In this document: positions 55,311 through 64,000 of the stretch, piece after piece
How positions within the stretch are numbered: position 1 is the stretch's first letter
Layout: each line of letters starts with the position of its first letter
NCBI RefSeq assembly: GCF_006345805.1
Contig: NC_043009.1
Location: forward strand, 30,256,001 to 30,320,000
DNA from: Octopus sinensis
Taxonomy: Eukaryota
Direction: 5' to 3'
Length of the DNA: 64,000 nucleotides
Notes under the pieces: generated by a model
Told to the model about the DNA's origin: nothing
Database searches by the model: none
What the model saw: the letters and a program-made list of their open reading frames with translations, nothing else
Translations under genes and position numbers: made by a program

Positions 55311-56933
55311 TGAGTATGTAAGAAATTTCTAGACAGAGAATTTCACAGTTTATAAGGAATAAAATACAAGAATAAAAGTAGATAGAAGTTATACATATTC
55401 TTTTATTCTTTTACTTGTTTCAGTCATTTGAATGTGGCTAAGCTGGAGCATTAGCTAATGTCTACTTAACTACGGTCCAATTACAAAATTTGTCTGCGGT
55501 TTCTTAATGGATATAGGACTGACATATGACTGACATATAAGTTTCTTTGGTATGAAAAACTCATTAGCGTTTCAATCGATAACTTAAACTAAAATGAATG
55601 ACTGTCACTGTATTGCGAAGGTAAGCAATAATTGACAACCTCTACATCATTAAGTAAATGAATAAATTAGTAAATAAATGAATGAAAATATAATTCGAAT
55701 GAGAAATTCAAATGTGTTATTTCGATTTTAAAGATCAGTTACCATGTAATATCGGATATAACTTTCCCAGCAGTAAAAAATGCAATGCAGGATGTCTGGC
55801 TTAGCCATATAAAGTCATGTGAACGAAAGCTGTTTTTGTATTTCAATAATTAGAATTAAAAGTGGAACACATTTGGTCGTAATGTCAGGAAATTTCAGCT
55901 AATTGACTTAGTCTAATACAAACATGACAGAAATAAAGTAAAAACACTATAAATATAAAGTAGTTTTGCTGATTTAAAAATTCTGAAACTTTGATTTAAA
56001 CAAACGCACTCTGCTCTAATATTGGTGTCACGTCACTCTATAAGCGTTAGAATAAACATCACACCAATATTTTAATCACAGCCTGCTCGCCCGTAGGTTT
56101 TGGAAAACGAATGACGAACACAGCAAGAAACTTTTAAATTTATAGTAATCCATACATTAAGTGATGTGGTGGCAGTAAAGTTTCAATTCAAACTAGAGTC
56201 TCTCATCTGCTTATCTGTATATTTGTGTGAAGTGAGCTATAAATACGGCGGGGTATTATCGGCATTTGTCAATGACGTATAAAAATACGAAGCCATCGTG
56301 TAAATTAAGTTAGCTCAAGAGAAATGCTAAGCAGTGACATTTCTTAGGTTTCTTTTCTTGTCATTACACTAATGTGAAATCCCTAAATTTGACTTTGATG
56401 GGTTCTCTGCTAAATGCACATAACATCTATTTTGGTTTCCATTCTTTAAAGAGCACCAATAAATAATACAGCAAGAATTTTCTCTTGCGCATTCATTTTA
56501 TTAATTATATTAACTCTACGTTCAAAAGCCATACCCGGGATTTTCCATTAACAGTAAAATTTCCTTCATATTTAAGACGAAAGAAAAAAAAAATAGAAAG
56601 AAGTAAAAATAAAAGGAGTGAAAATAAATTAAAACATACATTAAAATTATCCAAGAATTGTGGACGGATTAAACGTGTAATCTAGAATAAATAGTGACAT
56701 TTGAAAAATTCTTTAAAATATTTCACATTTTCAATCAACAGAAATATCATATACGTTTCTCAAATCAAAGATATTTGAAATTATAAACTGATATAGACGG
56801 CGCTGAATAGGAATGTGTATATAGGATGTAGTGCGTGTGTATGTTTACAAATAAGGAATACGCTTACGAAATATATATGTATAGATATAAACAAACATGT
56901 AATATGCCAAGAACCACACCATACACTTCTACA

Positions 56934-57012
<79 letters not shown>

Positions 57013-57021
57013 ATATATATA

Positions 57022-57129
<108 letters not shown>

Positions 57130-59269
57130 ATATATATATATATACATATATATATTGGTAGTAAATATTATCTAATCCGTATGTATGCCTAAGTCATATA
57201 CGTGCTACAGAAAATGTAAAAATGCTGCACTGGCGTCTTATTTTGAAGAAGAAACACGTGTCCGTTGTTGACCTCTCGCCTCCAAACAATTTGACTGTCT
57301 CTTCCGAAATTGCATATGCATTTGAAAAAATTGTTGATTCTTGTATAATAATTATCTTTCCTACTCACGCACTTCCCATTTGCAATTGGCAGCAATTGTC
57401 TCCAGATGCTCGCTTATCTCTCTCTCTCTCTCTCTCTCCTTCTCTCTCGAATAAAAGATGATTTAAAAAATTTACGAAATCATCGCGTATATGTGGTACA
57501 CTTACATATTGTTTTACATTTTGTTTTCCAAATTCAAGAAATTGTCATTTCTCTTTGCGCTTTCTTGTTATATAGAAACACTGAAACACGTCCATACATT
57601 TATATATATATATATGTGGGGTAGGGTATATACCCACACATACATAAATACAAAGATACATACATAAATACATGCATGCATGCATACATACATACATACA
57701 TACATGCATACATACAAAAATATCCTGTTGTTGATGTTGAAATTCCAATGAAGAAGCGTTGAATCTAGGTTAGAAACCGGCTCTTTCTTTATTTGCAAGA
57801 AATCTTGAAATAAAACTTAACAATGACGTACATACATACATAACGTAGTTAGATAGAAAAGACTTTTTCCGTTGGAGATGAATAAAATATTTTATCCGTA
57901 CGTTTTATTATTCTAAGTTGTAAGTTTCTCAGCATAGTTCCATAAATTTATTAGCGACTGAACTGCCACCTATTGGCAGTAGATTTGTAACGGAATATGT
58001 GTTACTACAGTTTTAGTGCACAAACCAACGTCTAGTTTTGGTACTTACAATACATTATGGTAAGCATAAATTATACACATTTAAATGTATTATATTCATG
58101 TTAATCTTTGCAATATTATAAGTGTGATTTCGCTTTATTGATTAATCTCAAGTTTTGCTGGAAATATTGCTATAGTGTTACATTTGGCTGAATTAGAAGA
58201 GTGTAAAGTTACATCAAATCTCATTAGTTTAACGTAAACATCTACGATTCTAATTTTATTTCTAGTAAATAAGATTTAAGATGATAGAATTAAGGCAGAT
58301 ATAATTTGTGCAATATTTGCTGTTTAGGATATATTTCTGCTACTTTTTATTGCTCCACGTCTATTGCTAAGCGGTAGTTTTTCGTACATTTTCATAAATT
58401 GAATCACTTGAAATTATTTAAGTAAATTATTGTAGAACATAGAGTTTGCCTTTACTTAACACTAATAGCAACCAACCAGCGAGTGAAGTGTCGTCTACGT
58501 TTTTCTCTTTTTTTCCCCCAGTCAAGCAGATCGGTGTAAATAAGAAGTAAGAGAGAAATGAAACATATTAATGCGCCATGGAAGAAACATGTGTTTTTAT
58601 TATTTTATTTATTTATCTTTTGTTTTGGTTACATCTCATCACAGGGAATTATTCTTATCGTATTCAAAACTGCATTATATATATCTTATATGCTATGAAG
58701 TTCTACGATCAGAGTGTACCATTAGTAAATACGGTGCGGCAGAAGTATAACCAACGTCGATCCAGCCATGACTATCTCTTCTAGATTTTCCACACAGTGT
58801 ATCTAAATTCACCATATTCATTGAGCCCTTCATAATGTTTTATTTTTTTATAATTATTTTGGTAGGAATTTATTTACAGAATGAAATCTTCGGTATATCA
58901 TTCTAGGAGGGACTGTCAAAAATCAATAACCGTGGAAAGCTTCCCATACCGAATGCAACGGGTCCCATTGAGCTTCTGTGTGTCCATATTTGTAAATATA
59001 AATTTAAGTTGGGCATGATTCAAGGGATAGCAATTACTGAAAGGCATTTATGCGCGAATTACAGGAAACAGCAAATGCTGGGGATAGCAAAACCTAATCC
59101 ATGAACGTTCGTAGGTAAAACTTGTGTGAAATATTTCGTGAAATATCCAGTTTCCAATATATGCCCTCCATGAAGAAGGGAAAGTATACAGAACAAGGGA
59201 TTTTGAACTCATGGCAAACTGGATTTTATTGCTGATTTTAAAGAACTTTTTATAATATTAGATACGTAG

Positions 59270-59770
59270 TTAAGGAGGCGAACTCTCAGAAAAATAATTA
59301 ACATCATTCCTTCTGAATTTACGTTTTGCGTTCAAATACTGTTGTGTTCAACTGTACCTTTTATCCTCCCGGGGTCGATAAAATAAGTAGCAGTTGCGCT
59401 CTGAGGACATGTAATTGACTTACCTCTTCCCACAATGTGCTGGCCTTTTGCCAAAATTTAAAACCAGTATTAGACAGAGCGAAGGTGGTGAGATGCTACA
59501 ATCATTAGCACTCCAGGCTAAATGCTTCACGGTATTCTGTCCGATTTTGCCTTTCTGAGTTCAAATTCCACCCAATCGACTTTTCCTTTCATCCTTTCAG
59601 GGCCAATAAAGTAAGTACCGGTCAAAGTTAGGGGATGGGTGTAATCGACTAACCACTCCACCAAAACTCACGCTCTGTGCAAAAATTTGAAACCAATATT
59701 ACGCACGACGTTTTTAGTATTTTGTTGCTTCTATCAGTCATTTGAATTCGTTCATGCCGGAGCACCGCCA
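59270..59770 (+). mobile_element. Two degenerate family-A SINEs plus a family-B tail (-)
   Basis: GGGGTCGATAAAATAAGTA, GAGTTCAAATTCC..CCTTTCATCCTTTC, TGTAATCGACT. Confidence 0.75.
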
Positions 59771-60451
59771 TGACTTTCTTTTTTTATATAGGTACATCAT
59801 TTAGGAGATAATCACAAGACAATAAGTGGCTGCATTTTGGTCGAATTAGGGCTAGTAAACACACAGAAATTAAGGGTACCAATGTCATTAAAGAAGCGGA
59901 AGAAAGGAAGAGAGAGTGAGGCAAGTGGACAACGTGTGCCGGTGCGATTACGTTAGAAATATATTGGTTTGCAAAGATTTCCTCATTATTCAGTAGCTGA
60001 CGGTGTTTTGTTTGTAATCTAATCTGTTTGTAAATATATAAGTACGCATGTGTTTTGTAGTAGATGACCGTAATTATGACCGCCATTGACCGTACAGAAC
60101 TGTAGCATTTGTGCCATACTTTTTGAAATGTGTCTTTCTGGCGATACTTTTAACTACCAGTATAAAATTTAATCACGAGTGATGTTAAGAGGCTTATTCT
60201 TTGTGTTGTTTATAAATGGGTAAGAAACCCGTGTAAGATACTCCGTTGGTCTCGACGTTGAGCAGTTAGTTGTTTCAACAACTGTAATATTTTTCTCATG
60301 AAACCGAAGTTAAAGCGGTTGGTTATTCGAGTGTATTAAGGGAAATTTCCGAGCGAAACAGTGCTGCATAAGTGAGCCTCTGACTTCTAGGTGTAATCTA
60401 TAATATATACATATGCCTGTACACGTACACACACTTGCACACACACACACA

Positions 60452-60542
<91 letters not shown>

Positions 60543-60685
60543 CATGTATAATACGAGGTTGAAGCGTAAAACAATGATGTATATATACAAAAACTTGCAA
60601 ATAGTTCAAATATGCTTTAAGTGTATTCGAACTCGTAACGAAGCCATTCTCTGTATTTAGTCATGGAGAAAATTTCTCGCTGTAT

Positions 60686-60733
60686 CTGGTACTGAAGAGG
60701 AGATAATTACCCTGAAATGCAAGCATCCATCAG
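60686..60733 (+). ncRNA. Type I hammerhead motif inside a long fold-back
   Basis: CTGGTA-CTGAAGA(60692-60698)-GGAG..CCCT-GAAA(60714-60717)-TGC AA GCA-TC^-CATCAG. Confidence 0.62.
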
Positions 60734-60902
60734 TCTTGTTGAGGGGCGCTTCGAACAGTATTTACATCTTGTCTACCGAGAGAAATTTTCTCAGTAACAA
60801 AATACAGTGAACGGCTTCCTTACAAGGTAGAAGATGCCACAAGCATATACGAAACGGTAACATGTTTGCGTGTATGTGTATGTATACACACACACATACA
60901 TA

Positions 60903-60969
<67 letters not shown>

Positions 60970-61020
60970 GTAAGTTGATAGATAGATGATAGTTAGATAG
61001 ATGATAGATGGATAGATAGG

Positions 61021-61051
<31 letters not shown>

Positions 61052-61103
61052 GCAGACAGACAGACAGAAGACAGACAGAAGACAGACAGACAGATAGATA
61101 GAG

Positions 61104-61136
<33 letters not shown>

Positions 61137-62269
61137 TAGATAGATAGATAGATAGATGTAAATTCATACATATATGTGTGTATGTATAGAGACAGACATG
61201 TACAAATACTCATATATATTATAGAGAGAGGCAAATTGAGAGAAAAAGGTGAAGGAGAAAAAAAGAAGCAAATCGACTTCTGTAGTGCATAGATATTTTT
61301 TGTTATCGACTCAGAAACGATGAAAGGGAGTTAGGATGTCGGCAAGATTTGAATTCGTATCGAAGGGACTCGGAGCGAATACAGCTAGATGTTCAATCGT
61401 ATATGCCAATGAATCTGCTAATTGGCTGACTTTAAGGAATATCTAAACATATGATGTTATATATAAAGTATCATTATATTCTATATGTCTGTTGCTAAAA
61501 TTTTGGCTTGTATCGTATACGTTTGCAGTAACGAAAAAAATCTGCAATGCTTGAAATATTTTGAATACAAGAACACAAAACGTAATAGAAACCAATAGAT
61601 AAGTAAATAAAACGTTTTCACACTTTACAGCTGTAGTATAAGCATCGAGATTTCACACTTTAACTCGCTGGTTATAAATTGTGTAGTCGCGTGAATTGTC
61701 TAAAACCGATCTCTTAAGAACATTTAGGTTAATTCTTGCATGTTATTGAATAGTCTGTAACCTAGATTTATTGTAATCACAATCATAGCAATTTTCGTCA
61801 TTGACGTCTACAAGTATCTCCTATTCTTACTATTCTTTTATCTTCGCCATCTTCATTCACATCATCGTCATCATTATTATCATTATCATCTTCACCACCT
61901 CTTCCACCACTACCATCTCCTACCCCACCACCACCTTCACCACCATCATTAACATCATTATTATATTGTCGTCTTCCTCACCACAGTCATCATCATCATA
62001 GCCGTCGTCGTCACTATCGTAATCATCACCAACGTAGTCAACATCTTTCACACCATCATAAACATATAACTCTAACGGAATCGTTAAGGGCCCAGGGGGA
62101 ACATTATTTGTATTATTGTTCTAGATTCTAAACACACTTATTTCAAATCTTGCGTAAAGGAATTATGTCTTTCCCAGATCGTAAGTGCAGGAATCGATTT
62201 AATTGACTAACACAATCCGCCAAATATGTAACTTTGTGCTTATGTTAATTAGCCATAACTCAACACAAT

Positions 62270-62700
62270 CTGGAAAGAGGGTGCTCGAAACAAGAACATT
62301 ATAAATTGAAGTTCCTGAAGACACTGTTTTGGTCTGTTGCCTACATGTGAAAGCTACACTCTAAGAGCAAACGACACTGCAAAACTAAAGAAATAACATG
62401 CTACAAAAGAGCGCTACTAATTGGTTATCCAACAAATTTGTCAGCACTCCGGGAAATGAGAACAATAAGAAAAAGTTGGGCAGCAGCTACAAATGAAGAG
62501 CTGCTGTTATCAGAGCCCAGAAATTCAGCGTTGAAATCTTCGAAGGAAGAAACCTCATCAAACGTGACAAGGAAAGACCGAGAAGTTCCTGGTTGGATGA
62601 TATCAAGGGATAAACCGGAGGATTTTTAACTGAATGCGCAACCAAACTTAGGGTTCGGAACAGATGAAGAGATATAGAGCATCTATTTTCTCAGACTCAC
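62270..62700 (+). mobile_element. Decayed RTE-like LINE 3' fragment
   Basis: CESYTLRANDTAKL and IFEGRNLIKRDKERPRSSWLDDIK. Confidence 0.55.
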
Positions 62701-63467
62701 GGCAATGAGGATTGGAATAGACGAAGCAAGGTGAAATTAATCTGTGGTTTATTTCCGACAAGATTTTTACTGTTATTAAAATTCCCTGTTGCAACCGACT
62801 GAAACTATGGACATCATCCAATACTCTCTGTCTTATTCAACGACGCGTAATTCTCCTGCTGGTTGTCTCGGTGTCAAGAATCGCTCTTGAGATTCTTTGA
62901 TATTTTTCCTGCGTCATTCAAACCACGTGTATGTGGACTTGTCCATGTTAAGTAGCGGTTAGACCTAGACTAACTCCTTGATCGCTTCTTTACACACCGT
63001 GCTGACTTACGTTACTCCGCGGATACTTTCGAGGAATCCTGCATTAGTGCTTGAATACGAAATCTTACTGTCGTTATCCTAGATTCGTACCTACAGGCGA
63101 TGATAAGCACTAAAGCCTAATTGAAGATAGCAAGTTGTGATTGTTTACTAACCATTCTTCTTCTTACGATCAAATGTCGTTATCTCATTACTGCACCAGC
63201 ATCTGCAAATCTAACATTCAATTCAGCCGCCTGCCTCCATATTTATATATGAACGAATGCTTATACTTTATGAGTGCATGCATAAGATTTTATTCTTATA
63301 GTCTTTCATTGGTTTCTGACAACACACAGTGACATTACTGGGTATATATTACATACTAAAATATACTGTATTTGTAGTTCTCGATTAATGCTATATTCAA
63401 GAATACTGGTGAGAATATAGATATATGGATATCTACGCAGGCAAAAATACACATATATATATATGAT

Positions 63468-63486
63468 TAGATAAATAGATAGATAA

Positions 63487-63565
<79 letters not shown>

Positions 63566-63586
63566 CAAAGATAGATAGATAGATAA

Positions 63587-63671
<85 letters not shown>

Positions 63672-63684
63672 CAGACAAACAGAT

Positions 63685-63766
<82 letters not shown>
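63468..63766. repeat. Long (TAGA)n microsatellite (~300 bp)
   Basis: Directly visible. Confidence 0.97.
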
Positions 63767-63767
<1 letters not shown>

Positions 63768-64000
63768 CATTTGTATTCTCTATTTAATCATGAAGCCAGT
63801 GATAAAGACATGATCACAGCAAACAGTTTCAACACTTCATATCTGAATAACTTAGAGAAATTTCAGACACTGTGGCTACTAACATGTTCAGATACCTGGT
63901 GTGTCTGTGATCAGACAGTCATTGCCTTGCACAAGGAAATGAGACAACACTGGTAAAATCTTTCCAAGTTTTTTCTTTCTATTAAGTAAATAATATAAAT

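Noticed and set aside
57735-57790. CCAATGAAG...GAAACCGGCTC HHR-like relic inside (TACA)n
   Set aside because: Both core boxes are mutated, so it cannot be called a ribozyme

Overview
AT-rich eukaryotic intergenic or intronic DNA dense in (TA)n/(CA)n/(TAGA)n/(TAA)n microsatellites and transposon debris. The SINE families and repeat landscape point to a cephalopod, probably Octopus (inference). I found no convincing host protein-coding exon, and most ORF-track entries are microsatellite artefacts. Recognisable elements are a decayed CR1-group LINE (1-3066), a Penelope-like RT remnant, several R4/Dong-type and HERO-like RLE LINE pieces tied to (TAA)n, RTE/BovB 3' ends, Gypsy pol and integrase remnants, a mariner, a hAT MITE, Helitron/Helentron-type non-autonomous elements and many tRNA-derived SINEs. 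The most interesting signal is a set of hammerhead-ribozyme (HHR) motifs in several architectures: (1) a 347-nt structured unit present as 1.3 tandem copies inside a 9-bp TSD, carrying a U3:A8 core-variant type I HHR (retrozyme/circRNA-like, 43503-43974); (2) a ~1-kb element whose terminal inverted repeats each carry an HHR (41060-42058); (3) a ~240-nt fold-back enclosing an HHR (60610-60850); (4) Penelope pLTR-type HHRs. All RNA structures were paired by eye and need computational and experimental confirmation.
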